This document shows positions 26,012 through 39,830 of a stretch of DNA of 64,000 nucleotides, one piece after another. Source of the stretch: Rotaria socialis (Eukaryota); the NCBI GenBank assembly GCA_905331295.1, contig CAJNYD010000058.1, positions 62,001-126,000 on the forward strand. Direction: 5' to 3'. Below the pieces are notes generated by a model, which saw only the letters and a program-made list of their open reading frames with translations, ran no database searches and had not been told where the DNA came from. The translations under genes were made by a program, and so were the position numbers. Positions within the stretch are counted from its first letter, which is position 1, and each line of letters begins with the position of its first letter.

Positions 26012-29000
26012 TTGAAGTATCTCTTGGTAATCTAACAGAATAAAAAAAAGCAATCGCTCGATATTTTTATTGAAAAAGAAAGCACATTATAATGAGTTTA
26101 ATGTAACTTCTGGCTATGAAAACTACAGAATTCTGTTAAAACCAAGTCAAGAGATACAGCAGACAGCATCATATTTGACAAGAAAATAAAGGAAACAGAC
26201 TGAACTCGTTAACAGTATTTCAAACTAGTAAGTCTTCGAACTTAGTTCGTTTTACACAGTAAAGAATGAAGAAACTTCTGTAGATTTTCTATTTGAAATA
26301 CTACCTAACGATTCTATTGATTTTTCGTACTTTTCTATAAATTCAATTTCTATTTCTTGATTTGGATGCATTCAATATTTTTCTCAAATCAGCTTCAACA
26401 CACTTATATCTATATCTATATATATATTTAAACACATAGAGTATTTGTGAGCTTGTGAGAAATTCAAAAAACAAATGTTGCAAAACATGGATGATTTGAA
26501 ATGATTGATTTGCACAGGATTTCTCTTAGTAACAAGTACTACTCTTGAAGCCATAGTTTACTGTCTTTCGACTATTGTTTAATGTAACGACTAGAATACT
26601 ACTACTCTCAAGCGGTTTTGAAAGCAATTTCTCTGCTTTGGGCGTATTGATGTGATAGAGATACCTGCATTCGACAGCGTCATTCTCTGTTACAAGAAAA
26701 ATAAATCTCAGTCGATCAATAAAATATGGGAGAAAGTTAATCTCTATTGGTTACTTTTCATTTTGATTTTAACCTCTAAATAGTTGGGAAGGACAAGAAA
26801 ATATGTCGATTTATACAGAAAAATAAAACTATTTATACTAGATTATAGTCAACTTTTCAGTTAACTACATATCAAGTTCTCATTTTTCTTCAGTAAAAAA
26901 GGATTATACAGATACTGTTTCCTGTGGCTGACCTTCAGATGGTGCTATATTCAATATTCATCTTGAAAACCAGGAATGAGTAAAATATAAATAAATAGAT
27001 AACAAGGTCAATGTGTGTAAGAAAATAGCTCTAACAAGAAACCCTTTTTTCTACTATAAAAAGTATTGTTGAAACGGACTTACACTCAATTTTGAACAAA
27101 ATACTAAAAACATAGGATCAATGTTTATTGTTGTCTTAAACTTGTACTAGTTCTTCAAACAGGGATGTTCGTTGTTCTTAGAAATCATGAAGAAAGTCTA
27201 TGCGCATGCACTGTTTGATATGCTAAGAAGGTTGATAGAAAATTAGGTTTTTTTTTAATAATAATCCCACACAATCAAAATTAGTGAAATAAATTTTAAA
27301 AAACTTCGTCTCATTTCCCATTTTTGAACCGATGATCTGTAGAACAAATCGGACTGGATTCAATCTCAATGTTGCATATAATTCATTGTGGAAAAAAGTT
27401 AACTTACTACAAGCATGCTTCTCACTAGTCTTTTATTACAACATATTTACAATGCGCTTGTTCACAACCTTTCTTACTGAATAAAAAATAAAAGGCTAAT
27501 GTTCGTTTGTTTTAACTACACATTTTTTCATTTTTAAATGACGAGCTTGAAAAAAGAAACATGATGTTCGATCATTCATGATGAATTGAAAAAGAGACGT
27601 TCTGCTTTTCTTTGTTCTTTACGCCGTTGAGAGTATGACAGTTTATCAGAAAGACAAAGAACACAGAAGAAACATTACAACTACTATAAAAAAAGGCAAG
27701 CAACAATCTACATGTTTGTTTAACATTGAAGTTAAATTATTGAAAAAAAAGAATCATAAACGAGAAATGACCAGGTGATGCTTGTTGAATTTCTTTTAGA
27801 ATAGTAAAATGTACGAAATCTATAGAAGCGAATATTAACCGTTATAATTGGGATAAAGCGAAAAAAGAAACAACCATGTATAGTTTGCCGTAAAAGATTC
27901 TATATAGTGAATGCCAGTTCATATTTGTGATCATTGAGAATTTCGAATATTCTTGTCTGTATATTTGCATGATATTTGCATTGGTATCGGTGTATTTGTG
28001 TAGATGTGAATAAGATATTTTCTCTATTGATATTTCTTGCGCACACAATTTTCACTTAATTCTATTCTTTTATTTTTGCTATAATTGTGATTAGGTGTCT
28101 TTGCTCTGGCATGCGCAGAGTCTACTGTTTCTTCTTCTGACGAGAATTAATATGAATGTTATCACCGACATAATGTTTTGCCAAGAAGCTAACTTATTTT
28201 AGCTTTTCAAATAAGTCTTTCAATAACTTGTAATGTGGTGATTGTTGTTTGTCAAATTTTGCATTTGATTGTAAAATTTATTTGATTCAATGAATTATGG
28301 CACAGTGAAAGTAAAAATGATAGGATTCTTTTACTAGATCAATCGTTCTTGACTTAATTAGAAGTTTGGTATATTTTATCGATTCACTTTTGATAGGAAA
28401 TTATATCATCGTTACAATTTATTGTAATATTTATAGCATATCTTACGCAGGAAAAATAGACATGAAAAATTCATTCCATTGAGAGACACTGAGTACATAT
28501 CGACAGCCGATATGGAATTTCTTTATCTGATGAATATTTTATTCGTATCAAAAGGTAAATATGGAAATCGTAGTCCTCCGAAATTCTATATCTATCGATA
28601 GTTGTCGAAAGCGAGAAAACCTAAAGAAGTAATGAGTAAAAAAATAAGATCTCAGCATAATCGCTACCACATTAAAATTCTGATTTTCTTTCAGTTAAGA
28701 TAGTGCTTCATGAAAATCTATCTTGTTCAACTTAGTTATATTTTCATTGGTAACGTTTTTGTTTTTTCGTGAAGAATGTGAGAACGTTTTGAAGAACGGA
28801 TAATTCAATTGATAGGTCATTTGAAATGTATCGAAGCTAAAACTCGAATGAGAATGTGAAAATTAACCGGCTTATGTTGCTTTTCTAGATGATCAATTAT
28901 GCTTGGAAATATATGGATTTAGAAAAACTGAACTAGATATAAAATGAAAATAACTGTTTACTTTTTAAAAATTGGAAAATGAATTCTTAAACTCGCTCTC

Positions 29001-29942
29001 ACCTCATGTTATACAGATTTTATGTAACGAGTTCAAATCGTTTTGAAATAAATGAACTGTTAAGATAATCCGATTACAATGAAAATCACTGCTTTATATT
29101 GATAAGAATTTGAATATGGTTACATAGAGAAATACAAAGAAATGTGTAAATGTTTATAGATAAAATACATCATCCACAGATAAAAACCAAGCTAAACTCA
29201 GTGCTTGCAGTGTATCAAGGATGGATTCTGTATATAAGCGAGATAAAAATAGACTGCTAACCAACAAGACAAATAATATTCATATATGGCAAAGCTGCAG
29301 TTTCTTTCTATGAAATTAATATACTCTGATTGATATTCTAAACAAATCAAAATACTATGAGAACGCTAGTATAGATGTAGTTTTGAGCAACGCTTTTGTC
29401 TAATTTTAGACACTAAAAATGCTTTGTGATAAAATACATTAGCTATATGTGTTGTCGTTCTTGTATAGACATAATGATAAAGCGGACGGTTTGTCACGAT
29501 GCAAATGAATTAAGAAGATCATGATGATATAGTTTTGAGGAACTTTCATGTTGTGTGTTTTTTATTCGCTGAATCAGCATGAGTATAACATTAAAAAAAA
29601 AAGCTTAGATTGTGAAATAATCAGATTTACAATACGTTAGTTTAGTCTTAATGCAATTAAAACATAAGTTTCATGTTAACAAAATTGATACAGAACGAAA
29701 ATTTGTGACACATAAAAGCTCTCGAATTTCCATGGATATAAAGTCGTTTTATTATCTCAATGTTCATATAGATATGTTTTGTAGAAACAAAATAGAGAAT
29801 TCTTTTAAATATCCAACATCTTACTGTTATTACACAATTGTAACACACTTGCCTTCTTCGCTTTATAAATATGTAGGTATCAGTTTATCTTTGATAACTT
29901 TTTGCATTTTGTCTTTTATTTTATTCGAATAATTTCACCAGA

Positions 29943-30505
29943 ATGAAAGTATCTACCATTGGACTGATTTGTTTGTTTGGCTTTTTGATTCAAATTAATT
30001 CTGTTGTTTCAAAATTGAATTTAGAAGATACTGCATTCAAAAATCAGTTAAATGATTATGATGTTAAAAAGAAAGTTATATTAACACCGGTAAATTAATA
30101 TTACACATTGAATTTTTTTGTAGTGTATCTGTTTAGGATGCTCCAAAACCCATAGGACCCTACAATCAAGCTGTTCAAATTAATTACATGATTTATTTAA
30201 GTGGCCAGATTGGAATTAACCCAGCAACAGGTCAACTTGTATCAGACGACGTCCGAAATCAAACGCAACAAGCATTTATTAATATTAAAGCTGTCTTAAA
30301 TGCAGCTGGAGCTGATTTAAATCAGATAGCACGATGTCTTGTTCTATTAACCGATATGAACGATTTTCAATCAGTAAATCAAATCTATGCATCCTTCTTC
30401 CCTTCACCAGAAGACTATCCTGCTCGCTCGACTGTTGCGGTTAAAACGTTACCAGCTAATGCTAAAGTGGAAATTGAATGTACTGCTTATACAATAAAGG
30501 AATAA
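29943..30505 (+). CDS. ridA: RidA/YjgF/UK114 reactive-intermediate deaminase with N-terminal signal-peptide-like extension, 2 exons (29943-30089, 30137-30505)
   Basis: Exon 1 is MKVSTIGLICLFGFLIQINSVVS...KKKVILTP, followed by a 47-nt GT-AG intron. Exon 2 has APKPIGPYNQAV, YLSGQIG, DMNDFQSVNQIYASFF, PARSTV (catalytic Arg) and KVEIEC. Confidence 0.92.
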
Positions 30506-31741
30506 CTAACTATTTAAAGAAGCCTATTAATATATCATTAAAAATAAGTTTAATGCGAACACGTCAATAAAAACCTATTCATTTCTAATTTGCTATGTTC
30601 ATGTATCCGATTCACTAACAGAATATTAGATTTTTCGTTTCATACATAAATTCAATATATTCGATGCAATCTTATTTTCTTAAATATTTTGATTAGAAAA
30701 AGCGAAACAAGAATGTGATGTTTAATTTAAAATCAAACTAATTTAATATGAAGTATTATTTTTATTTTTATTATAATATTGTACCGAACTAGACAAACAC
30801 CGAAAAGATTCAATACCTAAAATATTTCATTAGCTATTTGCATACAGTTGCCAATGCAGTGTTGCCCAGTGTACAAAATGAGTGTGGGTATTTGTGTGCT
30901 GAATTTGAAACTAATGTTCCTTACACTTAAAACTAACTAAGAAAGCTACTTCAAATAATATATTGTCACTGTACATCGTCACCAACATCTTTTAAAATTT
31001 CCATTAAATTGAAATAGAAATACATCGAATACACATATATCTGAATGATCAATTTTTTATTACAATTTTTCAATGAGCAGTAAATCAATGATAGTTCTTT
31101 TTGAAGAAATAAATTCTTGAATGACAGTTTTACTAAATATTAATCATGCTGCCGTAAACTGATAAGGAGTTAATAATAGAAAAAATAAACTTATGATTTT
31201 TATGTGCACAATGACTGTGCATAATTAGTGAGAAATCATCTACAGTAATATCGACAAACAACTGATACCATAATATTTACACTTTAGATGGATAGGATTA
31301 AATCGATCGTCTACAACTTTTTTCCTCTATGATCTATCGAAATTTTTAAATATTAAAATTTTATGCTTTCAAGTTTTTTGATATAAAAAACTAGACATAT
31401 TTTACTCTTTGGAAAAAAATGAATATCTTTTGTCGAATAGCAGTGAGATAGGCTGAATAAAAGTCATGTTACTCGATATGAATGCAAAATATGTGTGAAC
31501 ATGCTTTAATTATCGTCAATTTAAACAGTGAATTAGGAAATAAAAGAGAATTTTTCCACTATAGAATTGTTTAATTAGAATATGTTTCTATTGGTTTTGC
31601 CTAACAGCAGTAAAGTTAGAAAGTTAAACAAAAACTTGCAAATCGTAGTGTTTCACAAACACATACAATATGATTTTATAATTTTAATTGTAAATTTAAA
31701 CTAGAATTTGAATCATGTTTTTAGCTATTTCACCGGTCGAC

Positions 31742-33071
31742 TTAATTGAATTGCACCGTAGCATTTAACTTGCATGAACGACGTTCATTCTGATTGAGTT
31801 GAACTAACATATTGAGTTGATTTCCTTGTACATTAACAGACTTACATGTTGATTCAAGAAGGATTATTTGAATACCCGCTTGGAAAACAAGTTGAGTATC
31901 AATTTTTTTGCCCTTAAAATTCATAACGTTAACGTCGATATTGTATGTTTCGAATGATTTAGGTGCCTTATCATCACTCTTCGCTGTTAAATTACCCTTG
32001 ATCGTGTAGCGAACGTCGTTGTCTTGGCCAACTGCAAATGTTTGTGTGTAATTTTCAGGAACATCAGGTAAAGCCACTTGACCAACAAGTACTTGATTAT
32101 CATGAATAGTGACAGTACCAGCAGGCATGAAATGATCGGGCGTTAGATCGTAAATTCTTTCAAAGACACCTTGATACGTTCCTGCACTGATGCTTGCCGA
32201 TGCTTTGTAGTAGAATTTATATTTTGCAATAATATCAATGAATGGCAAACGAATCGAACTTGATGGGCGTAGTGTGTATTTATCGTTCAATGAATACGAG
32301 TAAACACCTTTTTGTTCCCCATCCAATTGAATTGGTCTCAGATTTGTTGGTTTCTTATCAAACTCTAATGCATGACTAGGATTCGAATAACCAGTAGCTA
32401 GTGGAACATCACCACCCAAGAGATGAGTCATTTCGACTGTATATTCACTTTGTTGGTCATTCTTGATATTTGCGAAAGCAACAAGTTTGCAATCTGAAAT
32501 CGAACGACATATTTAATAGAAGAAATTTTAGATTTAAAACTGATTGAGTCAACTTACCATTTTCGCCTCTTAATAAAAGATCGTAAGTAGGTTTCCATGT
32601 GATTCCTTTCATTAAATATGACAATGTTCCATTGTACTGTGTGTTTTCAGTTTCAAATCGAAGTGCCAATGTAGTTCTACCTTCATTCGGTCGTACTGAC
32701 GAATATTCAATTGATTGTTTATCGGCATAGAAATAGGCTCCTGTATTCACGTTTTGCAGTAACATTGAATCGGGATCGACAATTTTCGCTTCAATTGTTT
32801 CACATCCACACACTGTCGATCGGCGTACTATTACTTTGGCATTTTGAAGTGATTGAATTGTACTGTAGATTTCTTGTCGAAGTAATGGTGTACCTATCCA
32901 ACTGATTGATTCATCAATTATATTTCCATAATCAGCATTTGTAAATTGCAATGCATGTTCACCGATTCCATAGCAAACTTGATGAACTTCAGTAAAACTT
33001 TTGTAGATAGATAATTCGACACTGAACGATGATTGGACGAGACAAACAAGAGAGATGTAGAATAAAAACAT
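31742..33071 (-). CDS. Secreted DUF4139-like protein, 2 exons (33071-32558, 32493-31742)
   Basis: Signal peptide present. A 64-nt GT-AG intron joins the two ORFs in frame, giving LSYLMKGITWKPTYDL...DCKLVAFANIKN...THLLGGDV, then YSYSL and FMPAGTVTIHD...VGQD, the motif order of bacterial DUF4139 proteins. Confidence 0.75.
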
Positions 33072-34618
33072 GTTTTTGATGTATCTAGAAAAATAAACTT
33101 ATAAATTAATTTAACTTACATATATATATACTCTTTTGAAGTTTCCAGGTTTTAAACTGATCAAATAAAGTAGTCTTATTTCGGTTCAATGCGAAGTATT
33201 ATACAAAATCATAAAAATGCTAGCATGAATTCGAAGTAAGGCTTAGTTTTTTCGTCAGTAGTCTACCTCAAGAAAACTTCTTTACCACGTCTTTATTTTT
33301 TTTAGACAACATTCATGTATTTATATGTATATATGAGAGGCATCATCAAACATTAAACACTGTCACTTGGTGGACTTTCCCATAGTTCCAAATTACATAG
33401 ATCAGTATACACAGGAAGGTATCAAAGTCTACTGATTTTTTCGACAAAAATAATTTCATTCGTTAGGTTTGATCTATGACCTGTAATAATAAACTTTGAC
33501 TTTTTGTTTCTTTCTTTCATGACTGAAAAATAGATACACATTCTCTGTCTGTATGAATACTGGATTTATAAAATATACTAAAAGAGTATGAGAGGCAAAA
33601 CCAATATGACAGTGTGAAAAATCAGAAGGTGGAGATTAACGATAAAATTAGATTCGGTTATGAAATCATATAGCTGCTGTTCGTTTTCAATATATTCTCG
33701 CGGTTATTAGACCAAACGTCACGCATATTATAAAACATTTCAAAGAAAATCATTGGTTAAATGTGATAAATAAAATAAATATTGTCAATGGTGTACCTTA
33801 GATTTTCGTATATTTCTGTATGTCTTTCATTTGCAATTGGCTTGACTATTTGTGTAAAGTGAAAAATAGACTACTGAAAGATATGTAAGTTCACTGATAA
33901 ATGTAGTTGCAAATTAACAGTCAGCAAAATTTAATTTGAAATATTTGCATAAGCTAACTCTGTAGTGCTTTCGAGATCTTAGTATTAAAATCAGTGCGTC
34001 ATTCTAATTTGGAAAAAAAGGAATAGAGAACGCATGAAGTTCTTTTCTTCATTCTCTAAATTTATCGAGATGATGGATCTATTTTTCAACCTAAGAAGTG
34101 TATTGACAGTTATCACCATGTTCAACAGTTTCGTTTCATTATCTTGTTGAAAAACAAATAAATAACGTTCGATCATTCGGAGACTATCTGTGAAGACAAA
34201 AATAACTTTGTTTGAACCTGATTCTTGCCTGTCGTAGAAATAAAATGCAACTTTTTTAAATAGTTTATCACGTCGGTGCACTAAACTAAATGATGGAAAA
34301 TAGATTTAGAACACGTATGAAATCAGTCAACGCTTTTACATGATGTAAAACAGTGATAAGAATGATTTTGACATCATTTTGAAACTCTTTTTAAAAGTTT
34401 GATCTGCTTGAATACATCTATACGTCAAGTTAACTCCCTTAATAATTAACTTAATTATCAAATATTCGAATTTATATTTCATTCGAAGACTTTGCCATTT
34501 TTTAGTTTATTTAAATATAATAAAAATGAAAAATACAAATTTTTGTTAGATAACTCAATTTTGCGTTGGTTTTTCTTAGAACGTCTTTTTTTTCTTAATA
34601 ATCTCTTAATTCGACTTA

Positions 34619-37526
34619 TCATTTAGATGGTTTATCATGTTTTTGTGTAATATTGCACTTGCATTTCTTAATCAACTTTTTGGTATCACTTGTAATGTAA
34701 AACCGTTCTCTCCATTCAACAAGACCGACCTGTGATGCCTCATAATCTAAATGTTTGATCAAACCTTCTTTATCATGTGTAAAAATAGTAGCCGGTATAT
34801 GTTTTAATTGGTTTCTATTCAAGAAAAATAACAAATCCAATGCATTTTTATGTTCACTTTTATAATAACCACGACAAATCACTTGGAATATCGATGAATT
34901 TGATTTGATTTTGTGTAAATTTCTTTCTACATGATTTTGTGCGACTGCAAGGGTCTCACAAAAATCGATATGAATTTGTGAATCACTGGTTAGTTGATTT
35001 GCAACAAAAGCATTATCTCCAATCTTCTTATCAATCCAAAGAATGTACGATTTATTTAAGTTTGCTTGTCTTGAAATGTTTTCAAAATAAGGTTGAACTT
35101 TCTTTTGCGACGATGCATCCTGCTGTCTTGCAGAAAGTGTTTCATGATATTTTTTGGTCATTGTTTGTATATAATCTGATCGTTCTGTTTTCCAAAAGGA
35201 ATCACTCTGGAAAATATCTTTATTGTCATCATCATCATCATCATCGTCATCATCATCATCGTGATCATCATCATCATCGTCATCGTCATCATCGAGCAGC
35301 TGTGGATTGAGTGAATTATGCGCAATTTTCGACTCATTTGGCTTATTTTTTGCATTATTCCTACCTTTTCCATTTTCAGCAATGCGTTCTCTACGCTGAC
35401 GCTGTCTTTCCGAAATGGTTTTTATTGTGTGTAAATCTGAACAATATTTTTTATTAGCCATATAATCATAAGGAATGTAACAGTATCCATTGTGACCCTA
35501 AAAGTAAATCAACTGATAGTTCATGTAGAGAGGAAGTTTTTTCCGAGGTTGTAATTATTTATCAGTATGACTTTTTAAATACAACAGAGAGCGCTTCAAT
35601 CAAGCTTTTTTTTCTATCCTTCACGATGAGCAGCACCAAACACAGATTTACCGATAATCAGCAATACATGCTTTTTCTAGTCTTTCACGCCGCGAGCTTT
35701 GCATCAAAGAACTTTCCAAAATTCAGATTATATAAGTATTTCTTTTCAACTATTCTCATATCACATGGATGTTCCAGTAATAAAGTAAATAAAGCAGAGG
35801 AATGGAAGTACTGAAACTGCCAAAATTTCTATGAAGTTTTTTTTTGTAGCAATGTATCATATAGAAAAAAAATCAAACCCAACTATGAGAAAGAAAAAAT
35901 GCTGCGTTTTGATACGCCCGATGTATTTGCAATAAAATAATGTTTGCCTTTTATGATACACTTTATCAAAAAAAGAATGATCTAAGATCTCATTTGAAGG
36001 TGCTAGCAGCTCAGTTTCTGTTAAAATATCAGATATGTACAAGAGTGGAGAACTGTGAATACTTTTGAAGTACAGTAAATTACATTTAAACGATGCTATG
36101 ATTATTACTAGGATAAGTTAGAAGTAGTCGTTATAGTGCTATCATATTTTTGGTGTTTCATATAAGTCACTAGCATTTGTCATACTCATGCGCGCATGTT
36201 CCTAAATTTCTTAATAGATATAAATCTCAGAATAAGAACTGCCATAGATAGTACTGATTTTGGGTCTTATGAACTACAGAATTGTTAAACCATTGAGAGA
36301 GAACTTTTATTTCTCAGGCTTTAAGAACTGCTGGCTGACATTTTCGACTTCAAGTCAAAAATCAAAATATAAAATGATAAATTATTTTGCTCTCTTTCAT
36401 ATCGAGTAAATGAGTGGATATATTCCGTTTTAGTCACTCTTTTTTCCGGGACACTTTGCTCAGCCAGGAGATTAATTCGTTTGTGATGAATCTTTCGTTT
36501 CATGTTGAATTCAAAGAAAAATGATGCTAACCAAATAATATCAGCAAAAGCTGTTAATTAATTATCTAACGCAACTCACCCAATTTGGACCCCATGAATT
36601 TTTAACAATAAACTGTTTTAATTTATCATCATATCCAACTGCCAACATTGCATGCTGATAATGGTCTAGACTAATATCTTCATTGGGTTCTGGCATCGGT
36701 ACCAGTCCACCATTGGTTTCAGCTGTTGAAAATGATTTAAATGTTTTGAGACCAAATACAAACGGGTAGCCTTGCGCTAAACATACTTTCATTTCTTGCA
36801 GATTAGGTTTTAACACAAGACCATGCGTGATACGAAAGTGAATAGCATCGTCATAACAATTTTTTGGTGGTCTTTGATTGACTTTTCTAATATCATACGG
36901 AAACCAGTCTTCTTTACAACAACCATACTCCTTCAATCCTTCGATAGCACCTGCAATAGAGCAACCTGAATCTTCGATAATACCTTCATCGACTGCATCT
37001 CTAACACGACCATTATAATAAATAAATAAACGACTAACATCAATATCGCGTCCAGTTTTTTTCTTTATTAAAAATTCATAGGCAGCTAAAATGAAATTTA
37101 GAATCTATCGATAAACATAAATGGCAAGACCTTACCAGCTAAGGCATTACCAACACTAGAATGAAAAGATAATTCTTTTTTATTCAAACAATCTTCATAG
37201 ATGAGCAAGAATCAAACGGTGCTAGACGAAACATTAGAACGTGATTGTAAAATTTGAATAATCTTATTTAATGAAGTTATTCTGAAATTTTTTCACTGAG
37301 TTCATCCTGAAATATGGTTAAATACTTACCATGCAGCAGTATCCTCTTGGGTTTCTACTGGCGTCATTTTTGAACTTAAATCAACTGTTTTAGGTAAATC
37401 TTTGTTCCGATACTTTGGTGAGGATGAAAATTTCAGCGAAGACGATGGTCTTGGACAGGGTTTACAGTCGTTAAGACGATGACGACTACCTGTTTCTGGA
37501 TTGACTAAATACACCTTTTCAGCCAT
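34619..37526 (-). CDS. Papain-family C1A cysteine peptidase (bacterial xylellain-like type) fused to a poly-Asp tract and a receiver-like C-terminal domain, 4 exons (37526-37330, 37155-37136, 37085-36580, 35497-34619)
   Basis: LPKTVDL...PVETQEDTAAC|VGNALA|AAYEF (oxyanion Gln, catalytic Cys), VSRLFIYYNGR, DSGC, GYPFVFG, QHAMLAVGYD (His) and VKNSWGPNW|GHNGYCYIPYDYM (Asn). All introns are GT-AG and phase-compatible. Confidence 0.9.
35224..35293 (-). repeat. Coding (GAY)n trinucleotide repeat encoding about 22 Asp
   Basis: tca/tcg repeats on the + strand translate on the - strand to DDDDDDDDDDHDDDDDDDDDDDD. Confidence 0.95.
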
Positions 37527-39830
37527 AATAGCTCTTGTGTTATTAATAATCTGAAATGAGAACATGCTAAATGAATATATATATATATATATCACTCTAT
37601 TTTATATTTCTGTTCGAATTCTGCAAGTTTTATTTCAATTGAAGATACAAAATCAATGCATGAAACATTTCATGAACATAAACTAATTGCGTGTAGTTAT
37701 TCAGTTTCGAAAAATATTCAAAAGAAGTTATTTCCACAATGAATTCTCATATGAAATGCAATGACAATGGATTACCGTTCCTATCAATTAGATCAAATTT
37801 ATTGAAAATCTAGAAATTTCAACATGCAGTTATTACAAAATCCTTTAAATATAATAGTTACTAAGAACTCTTATCTATAATCCAACAGTTTTTCTCTTTT
37901 AAACATATTAATCTAGTACCTTTTTGTTCAACAATCTGCATATTTAAATAATGTAATTAATCATACTGAATAACTTGACTCGCAGGAATAAAAATGAACA
38001 AATAAAAAAACATCATTTTAAATTGTTTATTCATTGTCTTCAATACGATTTTCATATAGCTATATTAACATTTGTATGCATGGTTACCTAGTGTTTTTCA
38101 ACGGTCAATACTGTAAATAAATAAATAAATCTATGTTTTATCACTATCAATGAAAATAATTTTACAACTGGACGATTTATTTCTTGTATGTCAATAGATA
38201 AAAGTAAAGAAAAAGACGAAAAAAAAGAAACGAATGAGAAAAGAGTGCCTTATGTGAATATATGCCCAAGTATGGGGAAAAACACCAACAAACATGACAA
38301 AATTTGGTAATACACGAGAGCACGATCAAAATAAAAACAACAGAAAAAGAAAAGAAAGGAAAGAAATTGAAGCGAAGCGTATCTAATTAACATAAATAGA
38401 ATGAGACACAATTGTAAACAGAAGATAGAAATCTACTTTTTTTTCAGATGGGTAACATCAAGAATAATGTGAATGATAATAAAAACTGGAAGTTTTTCTT
38501 CGCTGAGAACAATTATAAATTGTCAATAATATTGATCTGTTTTTTGATAAATATTCAACTCGTCGAATGTGTGATGGAAATGATGTTTCTTTTCATTTTT
38601 CACCGATATTTTTCTCTCCGACAGGAAAAACTAAATAGTATATAGGTTTTATTGCTTATATTTGGATGCATGCTTTCGAAATCTTCTAATCAACTGTGAT
38701 CTAAAATCATCTGACGTATAGCAACAAGTTAAATAATAAACGTTACCTACATTTGCCTAACGTTAGTATCTAATTTTAAAACAAAAAAACTTTTTTGATA
38801 ATTTTAAGAATAGGAAAAAAATTAATTACAAGAAAATAATTGACTTAATAATTAATTAATGAATAATGTGCAGAAATCCACTTTGTAATCAAATTAAATT
38901 CATCGTTTTTTCACTAACTCAATCTTGAGCTCTGCAATAACAAACAAAAAATACCTAGCATCTGAAAGAGATGGAAAACATACGTGTCAAATTAATAGCA
39001 CACTTAGTCTTGATTTCGATATGAAGACTTGTTTGAGAAAATTTATAAAAAAAAGTATTTTTATTTAAAAACAAAATAAGGGTGATCATCTGATTTCTAT
39101 AGTGCTAATAAAATACGGACCTTCTCAGGTTGTTAAACTCAAGAATACATGTAAATTGTCGATGTAGATTTTTTTGCCATCGATGCTGACCTTTCAATAG
39201 TAGGTTGATTGAAAGTTTCAAATAGTATCAAACTTTTTCATCACTTTTTCGAGAAATTTACAAAAAAAAACGATTGATGACTCATTAAAGACCGTTCGTC
39301 AAAATATGATGCTTCAAAGTCGTTTATTACATTTCACTTTTTTCTCGGTGAATTTAAGTAAAATCGATTATTTTCAGAATGTGTAAATAGTTTTTAAAGA
39401 AAACCATGCTATTGTTCATGTCGAACATGGAACTAGTATTTTTTCATGAATTCTTTGGATTTCTCATATTTAAGAACTAGACACTTGTTGATGAACTACG
39501 ATTTACTTAATCTTGTTAGAAATTAATAGGTAAATTAGTTCAAATGAAGATTGGTCAAGTAGTATCAGAATCGATTAATCAGTACATGAACTATTTCAAA
39601 ACAAACAGTAGAACATCATTCGAACGAATGGATGGTATTGTATATCATACGCAATAGAGATCATTTATGATAATTAGAATATATCTGAATTTTGTGAAAA
39701 ATTAAATGAGAAGTCTCTTTTTTGTTGTAGAAGGAGACTCAATTACGATAAAATTCTTGTGACATATTTTTAATATATCATTTAATTCATTTTTTTTCAA
39801 AATTTTAATATCTACAATATATTAATTAAG

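Noticed and set aside
34939..35382. Poly-His ORF (+) and poly-Met ORF (-)
   Set aside because: Alternative-frame readings of the (GAT)n repeat in the protease gene.
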